The translations under genes were made by a program, and so were the position numbers. Shown here piece by piece: positions 1-8,940 of a DNA stretch of 64,000 bases (positions are counted from its first letter, which is position 1; each line of letters starts with the position of its first letter). The DNA comes from a virus. The stretch is taken from IMG/VR virus record IMGVR_UViG_3300025647_000019, positions 29,965-93,964 of that record, one strand, 5' to 3'. Under the pieces are notes generated by a model. That model ran no database searches and was not told the DNA's origin. It saw only the letters and a list, made by a program, of their open reading frames with translations.

Positions 1-1
1 A

Positions 2-703
2 TTAGCACAAGACCTTGCAGCATACCACAGTGTTGATGCTGAAGCAGAACTAACTGGATTGCTTTCCGAGGAACTTGCCGCTGAAATTGATCGTGAAATT
101 ATTCGCGACCTAATCAATGTAGCTGCATTCCAGGATCAATGGAATTACAGTAGATCTGCATCAAGTGTGCGTGTTGATGGTGTAACTGTTTCACCTGATA
201 CTGCATCTGGATATGTGACACAAAAAGAATGGAACCAGACATTGATCACTAAGATCAACAAAGTTTCAGCAGCTATTCATAAGGCAACTCTACGTGGTGG
301 AGCCAACTGGATCGTATGCTCAACTGAAGTTGGATCTGTCTTAGAAGATCTTGAAAAGTTCCACGCAGTAAACAAGGATGACGACTTCCAATTCAATATG
401 GGTATCGAACAAATCGGTAGTCTAGGAAGCCGCTATACTGTTTACAAGGATCCTTATTTACCACAAAGCGTCCTGCTTATGGGTCATAAGGGCTCAAGCT
501 TCATGGATACTGGATATGTGTATGCTCCATACATTCCATTCCAGTTGACTCCAGTTGTTCTTGATCCGGACGATTTCACACCTCGTAAGGGTATCATGAC
601 TCGTTACGCTAAGAAGGTAGTTAATAACCGCTACTTTGGTTTAATTAGAGTCATTTTCCCAAGCGAATATGATATCATTCATCAAGATCAAATTCCAAGT
701 TAA
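2..703 (+). CDS. Major capsid protein (T4 gp23-like), C-terminal part; gene starts before the window
   Basis: Frame is open from position 2 (LAQDLAAYHSVDAEAELTGLLSEELAAEIDREII). Contains RGGANW, GYVYAPYIP and PRKGIMTRY, typical gp23 C-terminal motifs. Confidence 0.95.
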   Translation, partial: LAQDLAAYHSVDAEAELTGLLSEELAAEIDREIIRDLINVAAFQDQWNYSRSASSVRVDGVTVSPDTASGYVTQKEWNQTLITKINKVSAAIHKATLRGGANWIVCSTEVGSVLEDLEKFHAVNKDDDFQFNMGIEQIGSLGSRYTVYKDPYLPQSVLLMGHKGSSFMDTGYVYAPYIPFQLTPVVLDPDDFTPRKGIMTRYAKKVVNNRYFGLIRVIFPSEYDIIHQDQIPS

Positions 704-721
704 TAACTAGGAATTAATCTG

Positions 722-751
722 AATGGGAGATCTTCGGATCTCCCATTTTTT
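722..751 (+). terminator. Rho-independent terminator after capsid gene
   Basis: AATGGGAGATC-TTCG-GATCTCCCATT followed by a T-run; C(UUCG)G tetraloop. Confidence 0.9.
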
Positions 752-774
752 ATGAACTTAGATAAATAATTTTA

Positions 775-782
775 ATATTTAT
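775..782 (+). promoter_or_regulatory. Putative late promoter ATATTTAT
   Basis: The same octamer lies 23-58 nt upstream of structural/late genes at 808, 8941, 30844 and, on the minus strand, 8810. Confidence 0.5.
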
Positions 783-807
783 TAACACAATGAATGGAGT
801 CCATTAA

Positions 808-1905
808 ATGGCCAATTATATTTCTACTGACCCCGAAGTAACGGGGATGACAGATTATATTTCTTCTATGCTAGGGGCACCGGTTGTTAACGTTGAATTA
901 GTTGCATCCCAATATACTCATGCATTTAATACAGCAATCGAAGAATATAGTAATTATATTAATCAGTGGGCAATTAAATCTCATATTGCAAATGCTCTTG
1001 GTCTTCCTTCTTCACAAGATTTTACTCTTAGATGGGTATCTCAAAATTTTGAGTTTGCAAAATCCTTTTCAAAAGCATATTCCGAACAAGTAAATGTTGG
1101 TGGCGAAGTTCCCGTAAGGAAAGATTATATAACTTTAGCTAATGATAAACAAACATATTATCTTCCAAATGATAGACAAATAATAGATGTTATGTGGCAT
1201 GAACCTGTTGCTATTAATCGATACCTAATTGATCCGAATACAAATCCAGCTTGGGTAAATCAAGAATTTGGCTGGGCTTATATGGGATCGTCACTTCAAT
1301 ATGTAGCTCCAGTTTCATTTACAATTCAATTATCAAATGCAACTGAATTGAGATATAGAACATTGCGTGGGGATTTTTCATATACTGTAAGACCTGCTCC
1401 GGCCGATGCTACAAGAACCGGAGATGACTATACAGGAGTAACAACAAATGCTGTTTCAATATATCCAGTTCCAACAGGTCAGTATGTTGGAGATAGAGTC
1501 TGGTATTTTTATAAACTAAATGAAGACCTTAATGCCTATGCAAATCAGCAAGCTGGAGATTATATTTCAAATCCAGGAACAATGCCAATTGATGAAATAC
1601 CTTATTCGGCATTTAATTCAGCATCAAAAAGATGGGTTAAGCAATATTCACTAGCTTTGGCAAAAGAAATACTTGGAAGAATAAGATCTAAATTTAGTGA
1701 ATTACCAATTCCCGATGCTACAGTAACTTTAGATGGAGATACTTTAATATCTGAAGCTCAACAAGAAAAACAAGATCTAAAAGAATATCTTCTTAATGAA
1801 CTTGAAGCAATGGACATTGGAAAGCTTATTGCTGACGATGCTGATGCTGCAGAAAATATTAATAGGTCATTAAGTTTTAATCCTGGAGGTCTTTTCATTG
1901 GCTGA
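808..1905 (+). CDS. Neck / head-tail adaptor protein (gp13-like)
   Basis: LGAPVVNVEL N-terminus, WVKQYSLALAKEILGRIRSKF and TLDGDTL C-terminal motifs; position after capsid gene. Confidence 0.8.
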   Translation: MANYISTDPEVTGMTDYISSMLGAPVVNVELVASQYTHAFNTAIEEYSNYINQWAIKSHIANALGLPSSQDFTLRWVSQNFEFAKSFSKAYSEQVNVGGEVPVRKDYITLANDKQTYYLPNDRQIIDVMWHEPVAINRYLIDPNTNPAWVNQEFGWAYMGSSLQYVAPVSFTIQLSNATELRYRTLRGDFSYTVRPAPADATRTGDDYTGVTTNAVSIYPVPTGQYVGDRVWYFYKLNEDLNAYANQQAGDYISNPGTMPIDEIPYSAFNSASKRWVKQYSLALAKEILGRIRSKFSELPIPDATVTLDGDTLISEAQQEKQDLKEYLLNELEAMDIGKLIADDADAAENINRSLSFNPGGLFIG

Positions 1906-2380
1906 CGGACTACCTATTTGGTTTAATGATGAAGAATTCACCCTTTTTAAAAATTTAGGGAGAGAACTAGTTGAGACATTAACCAATCAGCATTTTATTT
2001 TATATTCGATTTCATATGGGGAAACCTCATCAAATCTTTATGGGGAATCAAAACATAAAGTATACTCTGCTCAAACAAAAGTAATAGGAAGAATTCAAAT
2101 TGTGGATTCTGATATTGTTGAACAGGGGGGAGTAAGACGTATGGCCAAAGGCGATATGACTGCCTGGGTCTATGATGATCATCTCGTCGAATTGGGATTA
2201 AGTATTAAAGTTGGGGATTTTATTGGCTTTGAAGGAAAATTTTATGAAATATATGATGCAGGATATAATCAAGATGAAATAAATAGAAAACTTGGTGTAG
2301 ATAGAGAATATTATCATGAAATAAAAGCTAAAGTTATCACAGACGACATTTTTAAATCCATTGAGGGAGATTTTGAATAA
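1898..2380 (+). CDS. Head closure / neck protein (gp14-like)
   Basis: NLYGES and IKVGDFI..GKFYEI motifs; synteny after gp13-like gene. Confidence 0.6.
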   Translation: MADGLPIWFNDEEFTLFKNLGRELVETLTNQHFILYSISYGETSSNLYGESKHKVYSAQTKVIGRIQIVDSDIVEQGGVRRMAKGDMTAWVYDDHLVELGLSIKVGDFIGFEGKFYEIYDAGYNQDEINRKLGVDREYYHEIKAKVITDDIFKSIEGDFE

Positions 2381-2616
2381 TGGAAAAAGATGAATTAAAA
2401 GAATTAATTAAAGAATGTATTCTTGAAGAAGCATATTGGGTATCAAGAGATTCAATTGTTAGATTAATGAATGAAATTGAAAGACTATTAGATGGCACAT
2501 ATGAAGATGCTGTTATGGGATGGGCAGAAAAAACAAGTGATAATGTACTTAAAAAATATGTAAAAAGCTTTTCTGAAGTTAAAACTGCATTAAAAGATAT
2601 GCAAAAATATACATAG
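2380..2616 (+). CDS. Small protein with KELIKECILEE leader (putative internal head protein)
   Basis: N-terminus MEKDELKELIKECILEEA is shared with several ORFs in the window. Confidence 0.55.
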   Translation: MEKDELKELIKECILEEAYWVSRDSIVRLMNEIERLLDGTYEDAVMGWAEKTSDNVLKKYVKSFSEVKTALKDMQKYT

Positions 2617-2625
2617 GAATAAATA

Positions 2626-3042
2626 ATGTATAAACTTGACATAAATAAAGGCGATATAATCCTTCGTGGAAAATATAGAAATAAAAAAGAAGTTGTTAAA
2701 ACCTTTGGTCACGATGATAAAGGCCAACCAACAATAAATGGAAAGAGAATTCTCAATTTTAACATTGAGAAATTATTGCCTAAGAAAGAGATTAAAGAGA
2801 TAATGAAAAAATCAGAATTAAAAGAACTAATTAAAGAGTGTCTTCTTGAAGAAGAATATTCTAAGCGAACTGTTGAATCATTCGCCGAAGATATTTTCTT
2901 TGAAATCTATGAAATTGGAAAATCAAATGGATACCCAGTTCAAGAACATGGATTTTTAGAAGAAACATATAAAGCATTGGTTAAGTATATCAATAAAAAG
3001 CTTAAACAAGGCAAGATAAGTAGAGGTGGATTTGGTAGATGA
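2626..3042 (+). CDS. Hypothetical virion-associated protein with internal MKKSELKELIKECLLEEE leader
   Basis: In-frame ATG at 2803 begins a copy of the leader; possible fusion of two modules. Confidence 0.55.
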   Translation: MYKLDINKGDIILRGKYRNKKEVVKTFGHDDKGQPTINGKRILNFNIEKLLPKKEIKEIMKKSELKELIKECLLEEEYSKRTVESFAEDIFFEIYEIGKSNGYPVQEHGFLEETYKALVKYINKKLKQGKISRGGFGR

Positions 3043-3365
3043 AAAAATCAGAATTGAAAACCCTCATAAAGGAATGTTTTCTTGAACTTCAAGAAGACCG
3101 TCTTCTTGAAGAATATGACGATCCTTCATTAGCATATTCAAAAAAAGAGCTAAAGAGTATCTTAAAAGATATTGATCAAATTTGGAAGCTAATATCAAGA
3201 ATGGATAAATCAATAAAGGGAGCATTTAGACCGGGACAAGCTGGAACGACATTACAATGGGATAAATTGTATGATACAGTTGGAAGTAAATATTTTGAAT
3301 CAGTAAGATATGCTCTTGAGGATTTTCAAGAGTCCGTTAAAAAAGCTTTAAAGGAAATTAAATGA
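3039..3365 (+). CDS. Small protein with MKKSELKTLIKECFLELQE leader
   Basis: Leader repeat; translationally coupled to both neighbours. Confidence 0.55.
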   Translation: MKKSELKTLIKECFLELQEDRLLEEYDDPSLAYSKKELKSILKDIDQIWKLISRMDKSIKGAFRPGQAGTTLQWDKLYDTVGSKYFESVRYALEDFQESVKKALKEIK

Positions 3366-4087
3366 AAAGATTTCCTCCAGGATATCAAGCGTCAACACTT
3401 GAAGAACCCGAATGGTTTAAAGATCCGAATCCATTACAAACTCAACAAACTTTTTTTCCGATAGCAATAGGATTGGAAGATATTGATCAAGGGGTTATGG
3501 ATTGGTTTGTGGAAAAAGAAATAAAAATAGATGGAAAAAATGTTCCTGTATTTTTCTTAACTCCTGAAAAATGGGCTGAATTTAAACACAGTTGGACATA
3601 TACTGATCAAAATCATAACATTAAATTTCCATATATAACTGTGAGAAGAACTCAAGCTCCTAGATTATCTCAAAATCCAGTTAAAGGTCGTGTTGTTAAT
3701 CCTAGAAAATTTACCACTTATAAGATTCCATATTATGATAATAATGGAATGACATACAAATTTTATAAAGTTCCTCAACCAATAAAAGTTGAATTGGAAT
3801 ATGAAATTAGAGCTTTAACTCATTACATGACGGATATTAATCAGATAAATGAAGCATTTTTACGGCATTTCGCGAGTCTACATTCATATTTAAATATACA
3901 ACAGCACTATATGCCAATGAAGATCGAGAATGTCAGTGATGAATCTGATTATACTACGGATCTTAGTGAGGAGAGGATTATCCATACCCTCTATACTATT
4001 ACTGTGCAAGGGTACCTTATCGATAAAGAAGAGTTTGAAGAAAAAATTGGGCTTAAAAGTACTACTGTTAGTATAACAGAAGCCTAA
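3362..4087 (+). CDS. Tail terminator / sheath stabiliser (gp15-like)
   Basis: EKW..FPYITVRR and PQPIKVELEYEI motifs; directly upstream of sheath. Confidence 0.65.
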   Translation: MKRFPPGYQASTLEEPEWFKDPNPLQTQQTFFPIAIGLEDIDQGVMDWFVEKEIKIDGKNVPVFFLTPEKWAEFKHSWTYTDQNHNIKFPYITVRRTQAPRLSQNPVKGRVVNPRKFTTYKIPYYDNNGMTYKFYKVPQPIKVELEYEIRALTHYMTDINQINEAFLRHFASLHSYLNIQQHYMPMKIENVSDESDYTTDLSEERIIHTLYTITVQGYLIDKEEFEEKIGLKSTTVSITEA

Positions 4088-4114
4088 CATAAGAATTATG
4101 AAAGAGAGAAAATA

Positions 4115-6334
4115 ATGGCAGAAATATTTGTTTCTCCGGGCGTATATGTTCGCGAGAGAGATTTTTCCTACTATGTATCAAGTGTAAATGAATCTTCATT
4201 AGCATTAGTAGGAGAAACAAAAAAGGGTCCAGCATTTTTACCTACAATGATTTCTAATATTTCAGAATTTAAAGAAATCTTTGGTAACTTAGATCCAAAT
4301 AAAATTCTAGGCTACTCAGCTAAGAATTATTTTAAGTATGCAAATCGAGCATATGTAACTAGAGTCTTAGGAAGCGATTCTTTAAGAGGGACAAATAACA
4401 TTCTTGCTATTGTTTCTTCTGGGGCTTCTCCAGTTGTATTAGCAACATTCCTTTGCTCTGGGGCTCTTCAAGTTAACATTACAGGATCAAGTACATCTTT
4501 AGATGCTGATTCAACTTTCTATATGAATATAGGGGGGGTTTATAGTGGTAATGTAAGCTTATCAGATGCTAATTCCCCAGTATATGTAGAAACTTTATTC
4601 CCAAGAACGAATACTGTAAATGCTACAACTATTGCTTTACAACATGTATTCCCAATTCAAACTGACGGTCTTCTTGTAGCAACTGGAACTTCAAGTTGTG
4701 TTACTGGAACTACTTTAACTGATGGGCCATTTGATGTAGAAGGATATCTTGCAGCTTCAACTCCGATGATTGTTGGTAATACAGTTGATGCAACAAATGC
4801 TGGAACTAGTTTGTTCACAGTAACCACTATCAGTCATGGACAAGAAGCTAATAAAGACGTAAAAATCACTATTGAAGATATTGATACTGGAAATACGACA
4901 TTCAGTCTTGGCGTTCGTCAATTTAGTGATACAAATGAAGCTCCGATCTATCTTGAAAAGTTTACTCAACTTTCAATGGATCCAACAAATACAAACTATA
5001 TTGCAAGAGCAATTGGTGATAGTAGAGATGGATCTGGGGATTATGCTCAAGTTTCAAAATACATATATGTTACTGTTGAAGCTGGAGCCCCAGCAACGGC
5101 TCTTCCATATGGATTCAATGGAGTTTCTGCACCTTGGAGTGGACAAACTGGATTCCCACAATGGCCAATGGACAAAACTTATGTAACAACTACTTCACTT
5201 AAGAAACAGATTTTAGGATTAAATTTTGATGCTATTGATCCAGATCATATTATGGGTGGTTGGTCAAGTTCATGGAATATTGGAGCATCTTCAGATAAAA
5301 CTCTGACAGGATTCCACTTGAATACTAGTTCAAATGCTACTTTATATCAAGTTCCAACTGTGGATTATATTCCATCAGGTAAAACTTATATGAAGTTTGG
5401 TGTACCTCTATTGGGAGGAAATGATGGTTGGGTACAAAGTGCTCAAACAAGATATACTTTATCTGGAACACCAACTGATTCTCTTGTTGCTTCATATCAA
5501 ACTGCATTTGATCTTATTTCAAGTACAGAAGATTATGATATCAACTTACTAGCAGTACCTGGTGTTGCTTTTGATAATACTATTGGTCAGAATGCTATTG
5601 CTCTTGCAGAATTAAGAGCTGATACTTTCTATGTTGGAGATTTCCCAAGTAACTATACCACAGTTGCTGGAGCAGCTAATGTTCCTTCAAATTCTAGTAT
5701 TGATACAAACTATGCTGCAACATATTGGCCATATGTCAAGATTTATGATTCTGATAACATGCAAGACGTAATGATTCCTCCAACCCCACAAGTGTTGGAA
5801 GCCATTGCTTATACCGATCAAGTTTCTTACCCATGGTTTGCTCCAGCAGGAATGAACCGTGGATTATTAACTGATGTTATCAAGACTCAATATAAATTAA
5901 CTCAAGACGATCGGGATGATCTTTATACTAATAAGATCAATCCAATTGCTACTTTACCTGGACAAGGTTATGCTGTTTGGGGTCAAAAGACTCTTCAAAC
6001 TAGAACAACAGCCTTGGACAGAATCAATGTAAGAAGAATGCTTCTTTATATTGAAAAAGTAATTGCTGGAGCAAGTCGTTATCTTGTATTCGAACAAAAT
6101 GATTCTAAAACTTGGGATCGTTTCAAGAATATGGTTCAACCAGTTCTCGATCGAGTTAAGATCAAACAAGGACTATATGACTTCCGTGTAAAAATGGATG
6201 AAACAACCAATACTCCAGATATGATCGATCGTGGTCAAATGGTTGGAGAAATTTATATTAAACCAACAAAATCAGCAGAAGCAATTCTGATTAACTTCAA
6301 CATTATGCCAACTGGTGCAGTGTTTGAGGAATAA
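4115..6334 (+). CDS. Contractile tail sheath protein (gp18-like)
   Basis: SPGVYVRE N-terminus; YPWFAPAGMNRG, INPI, WGQKTL, LDRINVRR, FEQND motifs. Confidence 0.97.
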   Translation: MAEIFVSPGVYVRERDFSYYVSSVNESSLALVGETKKGPAFLPTMISNISEFKEIFGNLDPNKILGYSAKNYFKYANRAYVTRVLGSDSLRGTNNILAIVSSGASPVVLATFLCSGALQVNITGSSTSLDADSTFYMNIGGVYSGNVSLSDANSPVYVETLFPRTNTVNATTIALQHVFPIQTDGLLVATGTSSCVTGTTLTDGPFDVEGYLAASTPMIVGNTVDATNAGTSLFTVTTISHGQEANKDVKITIEDIDTGNTTFSLGVRQFSDTNEAPIYLEKFTQLSMDPTNTNYIARAIGDSRDGSGDYAQVSKYIYVTVEAGAPATALPYGFNGVSAPWSGQTGFPQWPMDKTYVTTTSLKKQILGLNFDAIDPDHIMGGWSSSWNIGASSDKTLTGFHLNTSSNATLYQVPTVDYIPSGKTYMKFGVPLLGGNDGWVQSAQTRYTLSGTPTDSLVASYQTAFDLISSTEDYDINLLAVPGVAFDNTIGQNAIALAELRADTFYVGDFPSNYTTVAGAANVPSNSSIDTNYAATYWPYVKIYDSDNMQDVMIPPTPQVLEAIAYTDQVSYPWFAPAGMNRGLLTDVIKTQYKLTQDDRDDLYTNKINPIATLPGQGYAVWGQKTLQTRTTALDRINVRRMLLYIEKVIAGASRYLVFEQNDSKTWDRFKNMVQPVLDRVKIKQGLYDFRVKMDETTNTPDMIDRGQMVGEIYIKPTKSAEAILINFNIMPTGAVFEE

Positions 6335-6345
6335 TTTAACATAAT

Positions 6346-6365
6346 GGGGAGTTTTCGGACTCCCC
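6346..6365 (+). terminator. UUCG hairpin after sheath gene (weak terminator or RNA-stabilising hairpin)
   Basis: GGGGAGTT-TTCG-GACTCCCC; lacks a clean U-tract. Confidence 0.6.
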
Positions 6366-6382
6366 TATATTTAGGAGAATAA

Positions 6383-6685
6383 ATGAAAAAGTCTGAATTA
6401 AAAGAAATTATTAAAGAATGCATTCTTGAAGAAGCTAAAGAAGAAGATGATGCTCAATTTGACTATGGATATTTGGCTGATGTTTTTTCGAATATATGTT
6501 CATATGGAATTGATAAATTCGGAAATAGAGAATTAAAAAGCGAATACGATGCCCGTTTTAAAGTGAAGAGTATTGACAGTGTAGGGGGATCTGGGGCTGG
6601 CTCAAAGTCTGCACTTAATGTAAAAGTATCTACCCCAAGGGGAGATAAAGTAATTAAGATAGAAATAAAAGCACCAAGAAAATAA
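6383..6685 (+). CDS. Small protein with MKKSELKEIIKECILEEA leader
   Basis: Leader repeat; AGGAG RBS. Confidence 0.55.
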   Translation: MKKSELKEIIKECILEEAKEEDDAQFDYGYLADVFSNICSYGIDKFGNRELKSEYDARFKVKSIDSVGGSGAGSKSALNVKVSTPRGDKVIKIEIKAPRK

Positions 6686-6706
6686 AACAAATAAGGAGTT
6701 ATTTAA

Positions 6707-7510
6707 ATGAGCGATTTACATGATCCTGGCAAAATGAAGCCAGCAGGTTCTTCGGTAGATTTAGAAATGGCTTTTGATGTGATAAGTTTACCTTCAAAAG
6801 GATTAGTTTATTCACCAGAATCCAAATTATATAAAAAAGAAACACTTGAAATAAATTATCTGACAGCAATTCACGAGGATATTTTAACTTCTCCAAATTT
6901 AATTCAAACGGGGTTAATGATTCCAGTTTTATTAAAATCCGTTATTCGAGACAAACAGATTGATGTAGATGAATTATGTTTGGGAGATCGAAATACAATT
7001 CTTATTTGGTTAAGATCTACAGGATATGGTTCTGAATATCCGGTTAGATTAAATTGTGTGGATTGTGGAGCAAATTATACTTATGAATTTGATTTATCTA
7101 AACTGGATATAAAAGAATTAGAAGCTAAGCCTGATGATAATGGTTTATTCGAATTTACTTTACCAGTTAGTAAGAAATTAATTAAATTTAGATTTCTAAA
7201 TAGTAAGGATGAAAAAGAAATTAATGATATAGTATCTTCTAAGAAGAAAAAGCTTGGAAATAAAATTAATAATAGTCTTTCATTAAAGATGTTCAGAATA
7301 ATTCAAGAAGTTGAAGGAAATGAAGATCGAGGATATATTAGATCTTTTACTGAAAGTATGCCTGTAAAAGACGCCAAAGAATTCCGAAAATATTTGCAGG
7401 AAATAGAGCCTGGAGTTGTTATGAAACAAGAAGCTAAATGCTCTGAATGTGGATCTATCCACGAGGAGGTTGTGCCTATTCAGGCGAGCTTTTTTTGGCC
7501 TGACAGCTGA
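6707..7510 (+). CDS. Baseplate hub assembly / tail assembly chaperone (gp26-like)
   Basis: LPSKG..Y, EDILTS, LRSTGYG, two CxxC pairs, C-terminal FFWP. Confidence 0.8.
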   Translation: MSDLHDPGKMKPAGSSVDLEMAFDVISLPSKGLVYSPESKLYKKETLEINYLTAIHEDILTSPNLIQTGLMIPVLLKSVIRDKQIDVDELCLGDRNTILIWLRSTGYGSEYPVRLNCVDCGANYTYEFDLSKLDIKELEAKPDDNGLFEFTLPVSKKLIKFRFLNSKDEKEINDIVSSKKKKLGNKINNSLSLKMFRIIQEVEGNEDRGYIRSFTESMPVKDAKEFRKYLQEIEPGVVMKQEAKCSECGSIHEEVVPIQASFFWPDS

Positions 7511-7685
7511 GCATAAACAATATTTCTATGAGGAATTATTTAGTTTAGCATATTATGGGAAAATAAGTATTTCAGAAGCTCAGAGAATGCCTATTTATAC
7601 AAGACAATGGTTTATTCAAAGAGTAAAAAAAGAACTAAAAGAACTAAAGAAAAAACAAGATCAAGCTTTAAAGGGTAAAAAATGA
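7449..7685 (+). CDS. Tail chaperone second ORF (T-like), probably reached by frameshift from 6707..7510
   Basis: Overlaps the upstream ORF across a T7 run at 7490-7496; no ATG with RBS near its 5' end; EAQRMPIYTRQWF motif resembles chaperone C-terminal domains. Confidence 0.6.
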   Translation: MDLSTRRLCLFRRAFFGLTAEHKQYFYEELFSLAYYGKISISEAQRMPIYTRQWFIQRVKKELKELKKKQDQALKGKK

Positions 7686-8008
7686 AAAAATCAGAATTGA
7701 AAGAGCTTATTAAAGAGTGTATTTCAGAATTAAATGAAGGTAAAAAATATATTGAACCTGAGGATCTTTCGGAATTTGTTCGTGAAAAAAATATATTTAA
7801 AAAAATATATGGAAAGGATTTTCAATGGTCCGATAAAATTGAAAGAGATGGAATAGGAAAATCTCAAGAAAAGAAAATGGAAAAATGGATTATGAATAAA
7901 ACGGATCTACCTGAAAATCCCAAAAGATATGACCCCGATAATTGGGAAGATTATTTTATGCAATTTTGGGAAGATTTTTATTATCGTCAAAACCCCGACT
8001 ATCTATAG
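7682..8008 (+). CDS. Small protein with MKKSELKELIKECISELNE leader
   Basis: Leader repeat. Confidence 0.55.
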   Translation: MKKSELKELIKECISELNEGKKYIEPEDLSEFVREKNIFKKIYGKDFQWSDKIERDGIGKSQEKKMEKWIMNKTDLPENPKRYDPDNWEDYFMQFWEDFYYRQNPDYL

Positions 8009-8020
8009 AAAGGAAAAATA

Positions 8021-8239
8021 ATGGGAATTTACAAATCAGGATTAAGCGTATGGCAAAGAAATAGAGCTAAACTTCCAGCGGATCATGCGGGAGATAAAGA
8101 AGTAATTGGGGGAGAAACTCCCGGTAAATACTTAGGGGAAAAAGAGACCCCTCCTGCTCCTGAACCTGCACCAAAAGCTGTCGTAGAGGAAAAAAAAGAA
8201 CCAGTAGCTAAGAAAACTACTCCTAAGACCAAAAAATAA
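8021..8239 (+). CDS. Hypothetical protein, Pro/Lys-rich C-terminus
   Basis: ORF with AAGGA RBS. Confidence 0.5.
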   Translation: MGIYKSGLSVWQRNRAKLPADHAGDKEVIGGETPGKYLGEKETPPAPEPAPKAVVEEKKEPVAKKTTPKTKK

Positions 8240-8265
8240 TTAAGGGCTTATACTTTACCCTTAAT

Positions 8266-8303
8266 AAAAAAAAGAGCTCTTATAATTCAAATAAGAGCTC
8301 TTT
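8266..8303 (-). terminator. Terminator for the inverted tail tube gene (possibly bidirectional)
   Basis: 13-bp inverted repeat AAAGAGCTCTTAT / ATAAGAGCTCTTT with an A-run on the left (U-tract on minus strand), between convergent genes. Confidence 0.8.
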
Positions 8304-8321
8304 AATGTTGTTTGTTTTTAA

Positions 8322-8810
8322 TTAATAAGCTAGGATTGCTCTATCATATCTTATAGATACACTAATATCAGTTAAATCATCAGATCCATGATCTAGATCC
8401 CCAAAATCTACAGAAGTGATCATTGCTCCATAGATGACCCATTTTTCAACTTCTTCACCAGCTGGATCTAAGATTTTCAGAGAAAGATTCTTTTTATAAT
8501 TGGTAGCATATCCCATTTTACCAGTTGAATATTCAACGTGTTGTCTAACCCATTCCATTACCTTTTGGGAAGTAGAAGGACCAATGACATCAATAAATTT
8601 AATGTCCATTGATTCCCACTGTGTTTTACCAGCAACCCAAGATGTAGTATTCATATAATCAATTTGTTTTTCTGCAATAGTTAATTTTGGTCTTGCAGCA
8701 ACTTGAACCATCCATTCTGCAAAATCTAAGTCAGCAGGGAATTCAAGTATAAATCTATTTTTTCTTTTAGGTTCCAGGTCAACTGGAATTGGTCTCAACA
8801 TTTCAGCCAT
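8322..8810 (-). CDS. Tail tube protein (gp19-like)
   Basis: EPKRKNRF, VAGKTQWE, VMEW, YKKNLSLKILDPAG..VEKW..GA, FGDLD motifs; AGGAG RBS on minus strand. Confidence 0.9.
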   Translation of the reverse strand: MAEMLRPIPVDLEPKRKNRFILEFPADLDFAEWMVQVAARPKLTIAEKQIDYMNTTSWVAGKTQWESMDIKFIDVIGPSTSQKVMEWVRQHVEYSTGKMGYATNYKKNLSLKILDPAGEEVEKWVIYGAMITSVDFGDLDHGSDDLTDISVSIRYDRAILAY

Positions 8811-8868
8811 TATAGTTCTCCTTTATTCAATCTTATACCTCTTAGGGTATTTTTATTTCTTATCAATT

Positions 8869-8916
8869 ATAAATATGCACAACAATTTTTTGTTCTTGAA
8901 GTTACAAGATATTTAT
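8869..8916. promoter_or_regulatory. Back-to-back ATATTTAT motifs (putative divergent late promoters for tube and tape measure)
   Basis: ATAAATAT at 8869-8876 (ATATTTAT on minus strand) and ATATTTAT at 8909-8916. Confidence 0.5.
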
Positions 8917-8940
8917 TCATATCTAACAAAAGGATTAAAT

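Noticed and set aside
8868-8875. T4-type late promoter TATAAATA on the + strand
   Set aside because: Only noticed once upstream of a late gene; better explained as the minus-strand ATATTTAT motif for the tube gene.
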